Shown here: positions 15,749 to 25,355 of the stretch, piece after piece
Layout of the letters: the number at the start of each line of letters is the position of its first letter
How positions within the stretch are numbered: the stretch's first letter is position 1
Assembly (NCBI RefSeq): GCF_045037415.1
Contig: NZ_CP173438.1
Reading direction: 5' to 3' (one strand)
From: Escherichia coli
Lineage (GTDB): Bacteria; Pseudomonadota; Gammaproteobacteria; Enterobacterales; Enterobacteriaceae
Length of the DNA stretch: 64,000 nucleotides
Program-made: the position numbers and the translations under genes
The notes under the pieces: generated by a model
Databases searched by the model: none
What the model saw: only the letters and a program-made list of their open reading frames with translations
Told to the model about the DNA's origin: nothing

Positions 15749-17239
15749 ATGTTTGAAAGTGAACTTTTAACTCAGGGTTTTTCGACATTACTCAATAATC
15801 CTCAGGCGCTGCTGTTTGCCACTTTTGGGGTGATGCTGGGTATTGTGATTGGCGCTCTGCCTGGTCTGACAGCGACCATGGGTGTGGCGATTTTGCTGCC
15901 TTTCACCTACGGCATGGAGCCTGTTTCTGGCTTGTTGATGATTTGCGGCGTCTTTTTTGGCGGCGTCTATGGCGGTTCTATCACCGCAATTTTGCTCAAA
16001 ATTCCCGGTACGCCTGCCGCCGCAGCCACCGCCATTGACGGATATGAGCTGACGAAGCAGGGAAAAGCAGGGCTGGCATTGAGTGCCGCCACGTTCTCTT
16101 CCTTTAGTGGCGGAACGCTCAGCATTATCGTGCTGATGTTTCTCTCTCCGGTACTTGCCAGTTGGGCGCTGAAATTTAGTGCCTCGGAGTCCTTCGCCCT
16201 GGCAACCTTCGGACTGAGCATTATTGCCAGTATTTCCGGTGAGTCGCTGATTAAGGGGCTGATTGCCGGGGTTGGCGGATTGCTGATCGCAACGATAGGC
16301 CTTGATCCAATGGGCGGTTTTCCACGGTTTACAGGTGGATTTGTGGAGCTGATGAATGTGCCATTTATCCCGGTGATGATTGGTTTATTTGCTGCTTCAG
16401 AAGCATTCCGCTCTATGGAGCAAAACCAGCAAATTCGTCAGGGGGCGAAGGTGGCTATCGGCAGTCTGTTACTGCCCTGGCAAACACTACGCCGCATCGC
16501 ATTAACCATTTTGCGCTCATCAGGATTAGGGGTTTTTATCGGCATGATCCCCGGTGCGGGGGCGGATATTGCAGCTTTTGTTGCCTATAACGAAACTCGT
16601 CGTTTCAGTAAGACACCAGAAAACTTTGGTAAGGGTGAAATTAAAGCTGTGGCCTCCTGTGAGGCAGGCGCGAATGGCTGCACCGGTGGCGCATTGTTAC
16701 CTATGCTGACGCTGGGGATCCCTGGCGATGCGGTAACCGCCATCATGCTGGGCGCGTTAACGTTACAGGGAATGCAACCAGGCCCGCTGATGTTTACCGA
16801 CCACGGCGATATGGTTTATACACTGTTTGTCGGCATGATCTTCTGTTACTTCATGCTACTAGTTCTTGGACTGCTCTCTTTGAAAGTCATCGGTAATGTG
16901 GTGAAAATTCCCGGCAATATTCTCACACCGATGATCCTCGCACTTTGTGTGGTCGGGACTTATGCGTTGAACAATAGCCTTTTTGATGTTGGCATTATGC
17001 TGATTGCAGGCGTGGTGGGCTATTTCATGCAGAAAGGAGGATATCCGGCATCACCCGTAGTGCTGGCATTGATTATGGGGCCAATGGCGGAAAGTAATTT
17101 TCGCCGTGCGCTGTCGCTTTCTGGTGGGTCACTCGACTTTCTGTATACCCGACCGATCACTCTGGCATTGCTGACTCTGGCAGCCTTTACGCTACTGACG
17201 CCAATAATCCGCAAAATAATGCGTTTACGGCGTCAATAA
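15749..17239 (+). CDS. Tripartite tricarboxylate transporter large permease (TctA family)
   Basis: 496 aa polytopic membrane protein with TctA-like glycine-rich repeats. Confidence 0.8.
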   Translation: MFESELLTQGFSTLLNNPQALLFATFGVMLGIVIGALPGLTATMGVAILLPFTYGMEPVSGLLMICGVFFGGVYGGSITAILLKIPGTPAAAATAIDGYELTKQGKAGLALSAATFSSFSGGTLSIIVLMFLSPVLASWALKFSASESFALATFGLSIIASISGESLIKGLIAGVGGLLIATIGLDPMGGFPRFTGGFVELMNVPFIPVMIGLFAASEAFRSMEQNQQIRQGAKVAIGSLLLPWQTLRRIALTILRSSGLGVFIGMIPGAGADIAAFVAYNETRRFSKTPENFGKGEIKAVASCEAGANGCTGGALLPMLTLGIPGDAVTAIMLGALTLQGMQPGPLMFTDHGDMVYTLFVGMIFCYFMLLVLGLLSLKVIGNVVKIPGNILTPMILALCVVGTYALNNSLFDVGIMLIAGVVGYFMQKGGYPASPVVLALIMGPMAESNFRRALSLSGGSLDFLYTRPITLALLTLAAFTLLTPIIRKIMRLRRQ

Positions 17240-17246
17240 CTGATAT

Positions 17247-17276
17247 CGCTCCCCGAAGTTGGGGAGCGTTTTTTTA
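17247..17276 (+). terminator. Rho-independent terminator after the TctA-like gene (overlaps the udp stop)
   Basis: cgctcccc-gaagtt-ggggagcg stem followed by 8 T. Confidence 0.55.
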
Positions 17277-18038
17277 TTTCAGCAGACGACGCGCCGCTTC
17301 CACCACGATTTTCACCGCATGGCTTTCGGTTTGTTTCATCGTCTCAGCATTCGGGATCTCTTGCTGGGTGCGGTTAACGATAACCCCCGCTACCATACCG
17401 GCACGCAGGCCCTGACTTGCACACATGGTCAGCAGGGTTGCAGATTCCATTTCATAGTTCATTACGCCCATCGCCTGCCACTCTTCCATAGAACCTTTAA
17501 AGTGACGAACTACGCGACCAGAGTAAGTATCGTAACGTTCCTGACCTGGGTAGAAGGTATCAGAAGAAGCTGTCACGCCAACGTGAGTCGTCGCGCCAAT
17601 GGATTTCGCAGCTTCAACCAGCGCAGTCGTACATTCGAAATCAGCGACAGCCGGGAATTCCAGCGGTGCGAAGTGCAGGCTCGCGCCATCCAGACGAACA
17701 GACGCCGTGGTAACCAGGACATCACCCACATTAATATGCGGCTGAATAGCGCCCGTTGTACCGATACGCAGGAAGGTGCGAATGCCCAGCTGTGCCAGCT
17801 CTTCAACAGCAATAGAGGTAGACGGGCCGCCGATACCGGTAGAGCAGACGATAACAGGTTTACCATCCAGCTCTGCACGCCAGGTGGTGAATTCGCGGTG
17901 AGATGCCAGCTTAACCGGCTTATCCATCAGCGCGGCGATCTTTTCCACACGATCCGGGTCGCCAGGGACGATGGCAAGCGTAGCCCCTTGTAAATCGTTT
18001 TTAGTGAGGCCGAGATGAAAAACATCAGACTTGGACAT
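17274..18038 (-). CDS. udp: Uridine phosphorylase
   Basis: Matches Udp from [16 protein letters not shown] (253 aa). Confidence 0.95.
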   Translation of the reverse strand: MSKSDVFHLGLTKNDLQGATLAIVPGDPDRVEKIAALMDKPVKLASHREFTTWRAELDGKPVIVCSTGIGGPSTSIAVEELAQLGIRTFLRIGTTGAIQPHINVGDVLVTTASVRLDGASLHFAPLEFPAVADFECTTALVEAAKSIGATTHVGVTASSDTFYPGQERYDTYSGRVVRHFKGSMEEWQAMGVMNYEMESATLLTMCASQGLRAGMVAGVIVNRTQQEIPNAETMKQTESHAVKIVVEAARRLLK

Positions 18039-18129
18039 ATACAACTCCTCTGTGAATCGGTTTAGTCAGAAGAAGCAAAAAGACACTTTACCGAAGGGTT
18101 TAACATTTTTTCGTGATACTCATCACCAT

Positions 18130-18180
18130 GACGAAAATGTGTTGCATAAATTTACCCATCAAAAGTGATGCAAATCACAT
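18130..18180 (-). promoter_or_regulatory. udp promoter region with CRP-like half-site pairs (CRP/CytR-regulated promoter)
   Basis: gtgatgcaaatcac (TGA-N6-TCA core) and a second tgtg..ttgca element upstream of udp; udp is a known CRP/CytR target. Confidence 0.4.
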
Positions 18181-18299
18181 AAATCACTCTTCATTCTGCA
18201 GGACTGCATAAAAGATGAGCCGATTCAGGCAATGTGATTTGTTGCATGCTGACTATAGTTAACATTGCGCAACATTTTTATAAGGGTACGGAGAATACC

Positions 18300-19109
18300 A
18301 TGGCAACAACACAACAATCTGGATTTGCACCTGCTGCATCGCCTCTCGCTTCGACCATCGTTCAGACTCCGGACGACGCGATTGTGGCGGGCTTCACCTC
18401 TATCCCTTCACAAGGGGATAACATGCCTGCTTACCATGCCAGACCAAAGCAAAGCGATGGCCCACTGCCAGTGGTCATTGTAGTGCAGGAAATTTTTGGC
18501 GTGCATGAACATATCCGCGACATTTGTCGCCGTCTGGCGCTGGAGGGGTATCTGGCTATCGCACCTGAACTTTACTTCCGCGAAGGCGATCCGAATGATT
18601 TTGCCGATATCCCCACGTTGCTTGGCGGTCTGGTAGCAAAAGTGCCTGACTCGCAGGTGCTGGCCGATCTCGATCATGTCGCCAGTTGGGCTTCCCGCAA
18701 CGGCGGCGATGTTCATCGTTTAATGATCACCGGATTCTGCTGGGGTGGACGTATCACCTGGCTGTATGCCGCGCATAATCCACAGCTAAAAGCCGCAGTG
18801 GCGTGGTACGGCAAACTGACGGGCGATAAGTCGCTGAATTCACCGAAACAACCTGTTGATATCGCAACCGATCTTAACGCGCCGGTTCTCGGCTTATATG
18901 GCGGCCAGGATAACAGCATTCCGCAAGAGAGTGTGGAAACGATGCGCCAGGCGCTGCGGGCAGCAAACGCGAAAGCAGAGATTATCGTGTACCCGGATGC
19001 AGAGCATGCGTTCAACGCCGATTATCGTCCGAGCTATCATGCCGAGTCTGCGAAAGACGGCTGGCAGCGAATGTTGGAATGGTTTACACAGTATGGTGTT
19101 AAAAAGTAA
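18300..19109 (+). CDS. ysgA: Dienelactone hydrolase-family protein (YsgA/DlhH)
   Basis: Start at MATTQQSGF with RBS ggag; alpha/beta hydrolase with the DLH-family GFCWGG nucleophile motif. Confidence 0.85.
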   Translation: MATTQQSGFAPAASPLASTIVQTPDDAIVAGFTSIPSQGDNMPAYHARPKQSDGPLPVVIVVQEIFGVHEHIRDICRRLALEGYLAIAPELYFREGDPNDFADIPTLLGGLVAKVPDSQVLADLDHVASWASRNGGDVHRLMITGFCWGGRITWLYAAHNPQLKAAVAWYGKLTGDKSLNSPKQPVDIATDLNAPVLGLYGGQDNSIPQESVETMRQALRAANAKAEIIVYPDAEHAFNADYRPSYHAESAKDGWQRMLEWFTQYGVKK

Positions 19110-19175
19110 CGCCATAGTCGCTAAATCTGATGATTAAGCTCACACAATTTCAACGATTTTTTTAATCTCAAAACC

Positions 19176-19272
19176 ATACAGCATCAAAAAATTTGTTGCT
19201 GTATGCCACTCTTTGACTCCCTTCACATTCGTCATCACACCACCTGCTGAATGCAAAAATTTCGTTGCTGTG
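19176..19272. promoter_or_regulatory. Two related ~20-bp motifs upstream of the isochorismatase-family gene (candidate regulator binding sites)
   Basis: atacagcatcaaaaaatttgttgctgtat (perfect 8-bp inverted arms ATACAGCA/TGCTGTAT) and the related tgcaaaaatttcgttgctgtg about 50 bp downstream. Confidence 0.3.
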
Positions 19273-19365
19273 CGGCAAACTTTTTTCCTGTTTTGTGCCG
19301 CTTTTCTCCTGAATACTCGTTCTCAGAACAACTGGATCGTTTAAACATCAGACAGGAGATTTACC

Positions 19366-20034
19366 ATGACGCAATCCATTTTTCAGGCTCAACCCTTTGA
19401 ATTACCTTTTGATCCGCGCACAACTGCACTGGTCATGATCGACATGCAGCGTGACTTTGTCGAAGCCGGGGGCTTCGGTGAGGCACTGGGCAATGATGTT
19501 TCACGGGTACGCACGGCTATCGCACCATGTACAGAGGTGCTGGCAGCCGCACGTCAAAAAGGAATTATGGTTATTCATACTCGTGAAGGCCATCGTGCAG
19601 ACTTAAGCGACTGCCCGCCAGCCAAACTGACGCGCGGCGGAAAAACCTTTATTGGTGAACCAGGACCGATGGGACGCATTCTGGTCAGAGGTGAAGCAGG
19701 TCATGACATCATTCCTGAACTGTACCCGGTGGCAGGCGAACCGGTGATTGATAAGCCTGGCAAAGGCGCGTTTTATCAAACCGACTTACATCTGATTTTG
19801 CAAAACCACGGTATCAAGACGCTGATAGTTTGTGGTGTAACAACCGAAGTTTGCGTAACCACCACCGTGCGCGAAGCAAATGATCGTGGCTATGAATGCA
19901 TTATCCCGGAAGATTGTGTCGGCTCCTATTTCCCGGAATTCCAGAAATACGCCCTCGAGATGATCAAAGCACAAGGTGCCATTTTCGGTTGGGTTACTGA
20001 TTCCAAAGCCATTATTGCAGGTCTGGAAGGCTAA
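19366..20034 (+). CDS. Isochorismatase-family cysteine hydrolase (RutB / N-carbamoylsarcosine amidase / biuret hydrolase-like amidase)
   Basis: 222 aa; family triad context D (LVMIDMQRDF), K (DKPGKGAF), C (LIVCGVTTEVCV); RBS aggag upstream. Confidence 0.75.
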   Translation: MTQSIFQAQPFELPFDPRTTALVMIDMQRDFVEAGGFGEALGNDVSRVRTAIAPCTEVLAAARQKGIMVIHTREGHRADLSDCPPAKLTRGGKTFIGEPGPMGRILVRGEAGHDIIPELYPVAGEPVIDKPGKGAFYQTDLHLILQNHGIKTLIVCGVTTEVCVTTTVREANDRGYECIIPEDCVGSYFPEFQKYALEMIKAQGAIFGWVTDSKAIIAGLEG

Positions 20035-20039
20035 CGCCG

Positions 20040-20900
20040 ATGGTACAGGTTACGCTTTGCGCATCGTCGTTGGGATATCTTTTCCCGCAGGATGAAACGC
20101 AAGATTTACGTCTACATAGCGCTTTTAAACATGCGGTAAATCTGTATTCAGACGCGGGAACATTCATCACTCTGTTGTGTGCGCAAACGTATCTGAATCT
20201 CCCTGATGCTGCCAGAGTCTGGCTACCTGAATGTTGGGACTGGCGAAGAGAGATTGCCCATTCAGATCCCATTCAGTTAACCCCAGGCTTGCTGCGGACA
20301 CCTCGATTTTGTGTGGCGCTCGATAACGCAACGCTCTGGCAGTCGCCATTTGTGGGGGGAATGCTGACACTTGAGGCATTCCCTTTGGTTTTCCAGCACT
20401 ACCCAACGATGGCATCGCAACGGCTTTTATTTTGTCTGGAGCATAACGTTCAAAGCACATTGCACCTGCCGGATAGTCTCACGCACCAGGGATTAGCGAT
20501 TATGGAGCATCCAGATGCGCTGGAACGCCAGGTGCCACAACTGATCGGCTTTGGTAAAGGCTTAACGCCCGATGGAGATGACTATTTGTTGGGCTATCTG
20601 GCAGCGCTCTGGTTATGGCAACTCCCTGCACCACTTGCCGATCATCAATACCGGTTGCAGCAGGCAATTGATCAACATGCGCACAACACCACGGATATCA
20701 GTCGTCATTATCTGGAGCGTGCGCTTCAGGGACATTTTTCAGAACCGATTTGCCAGTTACTCGCACAACTGGTTGGGAGCGCATCGGCAATGACAATCGC
20801 ATCCTGTGCAGAACAGGTCATGCAATTTGGCGCAACGTCAGGAGTAGATTGCCTTGCAGGAATGCTGCATGGCTTTCGAACCCTGAACACCATGAATTGA
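20040..20900 (+). CDS. DUF2877-like protein (YahE/YlbF-like; putative carbamoyltransferase accessory subunit)
   Basis: 286 aa ORF starting 6 bp after the amidase stop. Assignment rests mainly on length and its position directly upstream of the FdrA-like gene, as in the yahEFG and fdrA-ylbEF clusters. Confidence 0.45.
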   Translation: MVQVTLCASSLGYLFPQDETQDLRLHSAFKHAVNLYSDAGTFITLLCAQTYLNLPDAARVWLPECWDWRREIAHSDPIQLTPGLLRTPRFCVALDNATLWQSPFVGGMLTLEAFPLVFQHYPTMASQRLLFCLEHNVQSTLHLPDSLTHQGLAIMEHPDALERQVPQLIGFGKGLTPDGDDYLLGYLAALWLWQLPAPLADHQYRLQQAIDQHAHNTTDISRHYLERALQGHFSEPICQLLAQLVGSASAMTIASCAEQVMQFGATSGVDCLAGMLHGFRTLNTMN

Positions 20901-20994
20901 TTTCAACCTTTTCTCCCGTAGCCCGTTTATGGGGCTACACGGGGATGCTTTGCCCGAATTTTGCTATCGGGCGGAATGAAACAGGCGTAACAGC

Positions 20995-22554
20995 ATGAAA
21001 GTTAAATATAAAGTTTTCAGTAATCTTTATCAGGACTCAGTTTCTCTGATGCAGATTTCCGCGCAAATCAGCAAGTTGCCCGGTATTCAACAGGCCTCGG
21101 TCGTCATGGGAACGCCCAATAATCTCGAACAATTGCGCGATGCGGGTCTGGGTAACGAAATCAACGCCAGTCCCAATGATTTAGTGATTGCAGTCATGGG
21201 TGAAGAAGATATTTGCAATGAAGCACTGATACTGGCCCAGCAACGTCTGACCAGCAAACCCGATGATGAAACGGATAGTGGCATTAAAACACCGGAAAAG
21301 GTCAGCCTGGAAATGGCACTGGAAGCCGAACCCGAAGCCAACCTGGCACTCATTTCTGTACCGGGAGACTACGCCGCCGCCGAAGCAATTAAAGCGTTAA
21401 ACCTCGGAATGAACGTGATGATGTTCAGCGATAACGTCAGTATCGTGCAGGAAAAATCCATCAAAACGCTTGCCCGAGAACGTCAGCGCATCGTAATGGG
21501 ACCTGACTGTGGAACCGCCATTGTTAACGGCATTCCGTTAGGCTTCGCTAATGTGGTGAAACGCGGAGCAATTGGTGTTATTGGCGCGTCAGGCACCGGG
21601 CTACAGGAAGTGACTTGCCGAATCGACCAGCTCGGAGCGGGTATTTCTCAGGCGTTGGGAACAGGCGGACATGATCTCAGTAAAGAGATTGGTGGAATAT
21701 CGATGCTCTTCGCTTTAGATGCGCTGGCGCAAGACGATGAAACTCGCGTAATTGTGCTGATTTCAAAACCGCCTTCACCGATCGTTGCCCGGACTATTCT
21801 GGAGCGCGCCGAGGCTTGTGGAAAACCCGTGGTGGTGAATTTCCTCGGGGCGAATCCGCATGATCTGGCACGTCCCAATATCACTGCCGCCACCACACTT
21901 GCCAGCGCCGCCGACATCGCTGTGGCGTTACTGAATGCTCAGCCACTTCCGGCTGTCGAAACCGATGTACCCTGCGACGATCTCACAATGTTACAAAACG
22001 CCTGCCAGCGCCTGCCAGCCCATCGCCAGGCGATACGCGGTGTTTTCGCCGGAGGAACCTTCTGCTACGAAGCGCAACTTATCTGCCAACAAAAGGGATT
22101 CAGCGCAGCTTCCAATACGCCAGTTGCGGGTAATCGTGCTCTGGCAAATATCTGGCAAAGCGAAGATCACACGTTGATCGATATGGGCGACGATGATTTC
22201 ACCCGTGGCAAACCGCATCCAATGATCGACCCGACTCTGCGCAATCAACGTCTGCTCAACGAACTCAACGACTCACACACTGCCGTCGTGTTATTCGACC
22301 TGGTACTTGGTTATGGCGCTTCCACGACGCCTGCCAGCGAATTACTGGACCAACTTTCACACATCGACATGAATAACGCTCCGTTGCTGATTGCGCACGT
22401 TTGCGGAACGGAAGCTGATCCGCAAATACGCAGTCAGCAGATAAGCGCACTACAAAATGCAGGGGTCATCATCGCCAGCAGCAATGCACAGGCGGCGCTA
22501 TGGGCCAGCACCGTTGCACAGACTCAGTTGCAGAAAAAGGGGCTAAACGCATGA
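20995..22554 (+). CDS. FdrA-family protein (succinyl-CoA-synthetase-like fold)
   Basis: 519 aa; motifs QDSVSLM, NLALISVPGDYAA, NVMMFSDNV, MGPDCGT, GVIGASGTG, KPHPMIDPTLRNQ shared with E. coli FdrA/YahF. Confidence 0.7.
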   Translation: MKVKYKVFSNLYQDSVSLMQISAQISKLPGIQQASVVMGTPNNLEQLRDAGLGNEINASPNDLVIAVMGEEDICNEALILAQQRLTSKPDDETDSGIKTPEKVSLEMALEAEPEANLALISVPGDYAAAEAIKALNLGMNVMMFSDNVSIVQEKSIKTLARERQRIVMGPDCGTAIVNGIPLGFANVVKRGAIGVIGASGTGLQEVTCRIDQLGAGISQALGTGGHDLSKEIGGISMLFALDALAQDDETRVIVLISKPPSPIVARTILERAEACGKPVVVNFLGANPHDLARPNITAATTLASAADIAVALLNAQPLPAVETDVPCDDLTMLQNACQRLPAHRQAIRGVFAGGTFCYEAQLICQQKGFSAASNTPVAGNRALANIWQSEDHTLIDMGDDDFTRGKPHPMIDPTLRNQRLLNELNDSHTAVVLFDLVLGYGASTTPASELLDQLSHIDMNNAPLLIAHVCGTEADPQIRSQQISALQNAGVIIASSNAQAALWASTVAQTQLQKKGLNA

Positions 22555-23975
22555 ATACCTTATTTAATCAGCCTTTGAAGGTTGTGAACGCGGGACTACA
22601 CAGTTTTGCTGACAATATTCAACATGCCGGGGGAAGCGCAATTGCACTCAACTGGCAGCCACCAGCACAAGGCGATATTGACGCTGGATTGGATCTGGCA
22701 TCGTTGCTACGTCATCCCCTGGTAGAAAATGCCAACCAAATCGCCATGGCACGTTATCTCGAAGCACAGCCCGTGCTGGTGGATGTCATGCTTGCTAAAG
22801 AGGCCATTCCAGCAATGGCTGAACAAAAACGTATTTTGCACTCTGGCCCGCCGATTGCCTGGGAAGAGATGTGTGGTCCGGTAAAAGGGGCGATTATTGG
22901 TGCCATGCTGTACGAAGGTTGGGCCACCAGCCAGCAAGACGCTGAAAACCAGATAAACGCAGGCGAAATCGACCTTGCCCCTTGTCATCATTATCACGCG
23001 GTTGGCCCAATGGCAGGCATCATCAGCCCGTCGATGCCGTTATGGGTGGTAGAAAACAAAACCAACGGCCACCGTACTTTTAGCAATTTCAATGAAGGTC
23101 TGGGTAAGGTTCTCCGTTTTGGCGCCAATAACGATGAAGTTCTCAATCGTCTGGCCTGGATGCGCGATGAACTGACGCCGGCAATGAAAGCAGCAATCGC
23201 ACAACACGGCGAGCTGGAACTCAAGCCATTAATGGCGCAGGCGCTGCATATGGGGGATGAAGTTCATAACCGCAATGCTGCCGCTACCGGTTTGCTGATT
23301 AAGCGCCTGCTCCCGGCATTGCTGGCCTGCTCTCTTCCACAGGAACATATCCAGCGCGTCGTGGCATTTATCACCGGTAACGATCACTTCTTCCTCAATC
23401 TGTCGATGGCCGCCTGTAAAGCAATGATGGATGCCGCCGCCAATGTACCGTTCAGTTCAATGGTTACGGTGATGGCGCGTAACGGGGTGAATTTTGGTAT
23501 TCGGATTTCCGGTACTGGCGATCGCTGGTTCCAGGCTCCTGCCAATGCCGTTGAAGGTCTGTTCTTCCCCGGATTTGGCGTTGACGACGCTGCTGCTGAC
23601 CTGGGTGATAGCGCAATTACTGAAACCGCAGGTGTGGGTGGCTTCGCGATGGCGTCGTCTCCGGCGATCGTCAAATTTGTGGGAGGCACCCCTGCCGATG
23701 CCACCAATAACAGCCGTCGGATGCAAGCCATCACCCTCGGCGGTAACCCCGCATTTACACTTCCAGCCCTCAATTTTGCCCCCACCGCAGCAGGGATTGA
23801 TGCGCGTAAAGTGACCGATCGCGGCATTTTACCGGTCATCAATACGGGTATCGCCCACAAACAAGCGGGGGTCGGGCAAATTGGTGCCGGGATCACCACT
23901 GCGCCGATGGCCTGTTTTGTCGCCGCTGTACGTGCACTGGCGGAGATCGTCGCAAAGGAGAACCATCATGGTTAA
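22551..23975 (+). CDS. DUF1116-family protein (YlbE/YahG-like)
   Basis: Start ATG overlaps the FdrA-like stop as ATGA (translational coupling); ~474 aa, the size of YlbE/YahG. Confidence 0.6.
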   Translation: MNTLFNQPLKVVNAGLHSFADNIQHAGGSAIALNWQPPAQGDIDAGLDLASLLRHPLVENANQIAMARYLEAQPVLVDVMLAKEAIPAMAEQKRILHSGPPIAWEEMCGPVKGAIIGAMLYEGWATSQQDAENQINAGEIDLAPCHHYHAVGPMAGIISPSMPLWVVENKTNGHRTFSNFNEGLGKVLRFGANNDEVLNRLAWMRDELTPAMKAAIAQHGELELKPLMAQALHMGDEVHNRNAAATGLLIKRLLPALLACSLPQEHIQRVVAFITGNDHFFLNLSMAACKAMMDAAANVPFSSMVTVMARNGVNFGIRISGTGDRWFQAPANAVEGLFFPGFGVDDAAADLGDSAITETAGVGGFAMASSPAIVKFVGGTPADATNNSRRMQAITLGGNPAFTLPALNFAPTAAGIDARKVTDRGILPVINTGIAHKQAGVGQIGAGITTAPMACFVAAVRALAEIVAKENHHG

Positions 23976-24924
23976 GCCACTGGCTGTCGTCGCGGTTGGC
24001 GGCAATGCGCTCATTCAGGACGAGCAACGCAATAGTATTCCCGATCAATATGTTGCAGTGATGGAAAGCGTGCAGCATATCGTTGATATGGTTGAAGCCG
24101 GATGGGACCTGGTGCTAACCCACGGTAATGGCCCGCAGGTGGGCTTTATTCTGCGCCGCTCTGAACTCGCCAGTAACGAAGTTTCTCCGGTTCCACTTGA
24201 TTACGCCGTGGGTGATACACAAGGTGCAATTGGCTACATGTTCCAGAAAGCGCTGCATAACGAACTCGCTCGCCGTGGCATAAACAAACCGGTAATTGCC
24301 CTGGTGACACAAACGCGAGTCAGCCCACATGACGATGCTTTCGCCAGCCCCAGTAAACCGATTGGCGCGTTTCTCGATGAAGCAACGGCCCAACAACGCC
24401 AACAACAACTCGGCTGGACGCTGATGGAGGACGCCGGGCGTGGTTGGCGGCGTACAGTTCCCTCTCCTGCACCACTGGAAATTATTGAGCACGACACCAT
24501 CGCTCACCTGGTGCGCCAGGGATATCTGGTTATTGCCTGCGGCGGCGGCGGTATTCCGGTGGTGCGAGACGGGCAACAACTGAAAGGTGTAGAAGCCGTG
24601 ATCGATAAAGATCTGGCCTCCGCGCTGCTCGCCAGTCAGTTAGGCGCAGATCTGCTGGTGATCCCCACCGGTGTAGAAAAAGTGGCGATTAACTTTGGTA
24701 CACCACAACAACAGTGGCTCGACGCTATCAGCGTTGCCGAAGCGCAAACGCTGTTGCGGGAAGGTCAGTTTGGTGTCGGCAGTATGCAACCCAAAGTGGA
24801 AGCCATTGTTGATTTCATCAATGCCAGCCAGCAACAAGGCAAACAGGCCAGCGGCCTGATTACTTCACCGCAAACCATAAAAGCAGCCCTGGCGCATCAG
24901 AGCGGTACATGGATAACCCTTTAA
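23968..24924 (+). CDS. Carbamate kinase
   Basis: Start at MVKPLAVVAVGGNAL with RBS aaggag; carbamate-kinase motifs THGNGPQVG, CGGGGIPV, VIDKD, GSMQPK; overlaps the upstream stop by 8 bp. Confidence 0.8.
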   Translation: MVKPLAVVAVGGNALIQDEQRNSIPDQYVAVMESVQHIVDMVEAGWDLVLTHGNGPQVGFILRRSELASNEVSPVPLDYAVGDTQGAIGYMFQKALHNELARRGINKPVIALVTQTRVSPHDDAFASPSKPIGAFLDEATAQQRQQQLGWTLMEDAGRGWRRTVPSPAPLEIIEHDTIAHLVRQGYLVIACGGGGIPVVRDGQQLKGVEAVIDKDLASALLASQLGADLLVIPTGVEKVAINFGTPQQQWLDAISVAEAQTLLREGQFGVGSMQPKVEAIVDFINASQQQGKQASGLITSPQTIKAALAHQSGTWITL

Positions 24925-24940
24925 TTCTCTGGAGAACACA

Positions 24941-25330
24941 ATGACTACAACGCTTTTAGCCGTTAACGGAACGCTGATGCGCGGCCTGGAACTCAACCCA
25001 AATATGCAAAAAGCGGGCGGTATTTTTGTCCGTGAAGACCGAACTGACGCCCATTACCGGTTGTGGAGTATTAATGATCGCCATCCGGGAATGATTCGCG
25101 TGAATGAAGGAGGAACACACGTCGACGTAGAAATTTGGCAATTACCGCTGGCCAGTTTTGCCGCTCTGTTAATGAGCGAACCCGCTGGGCTGGCAATTGG
25201 CAAAATCAAACTTGCCGATGGTAGCGAAGTGCTGGGCGTACTGGCAGAAAACTGGCTGACCGAAGGCCAACGGGAAATTACAGAACTGGGTAGCTGGCGT
25301 AAATACACCGGGCATTTTCATACTGTGTAA
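24941..25330 (+). CDS. Gamma-glutamylcyclotransferase-like (AIG2/GGCT fold) small protein
   Basis: 129 aa, N-terminal LLAVNGTLMRG resembles the GGCT-fold YGSL-type motif; function inferred only weakly. Confidence 0.4.
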   Translation: MTTTLLAVNGTLMRGLELNPNMQKAGGIFVREDRTDAHYRLWSINDRHPGMIRVNEGGTHVDVEIWQLPLASFAALLMSEPAGLAIGKIKLADGSEVLGVLAENWLTEGQREITELGSWRKYTGHFHTV

Positions 25331-25355
25331 CGCGCATTTATAAAGGGAACATACT

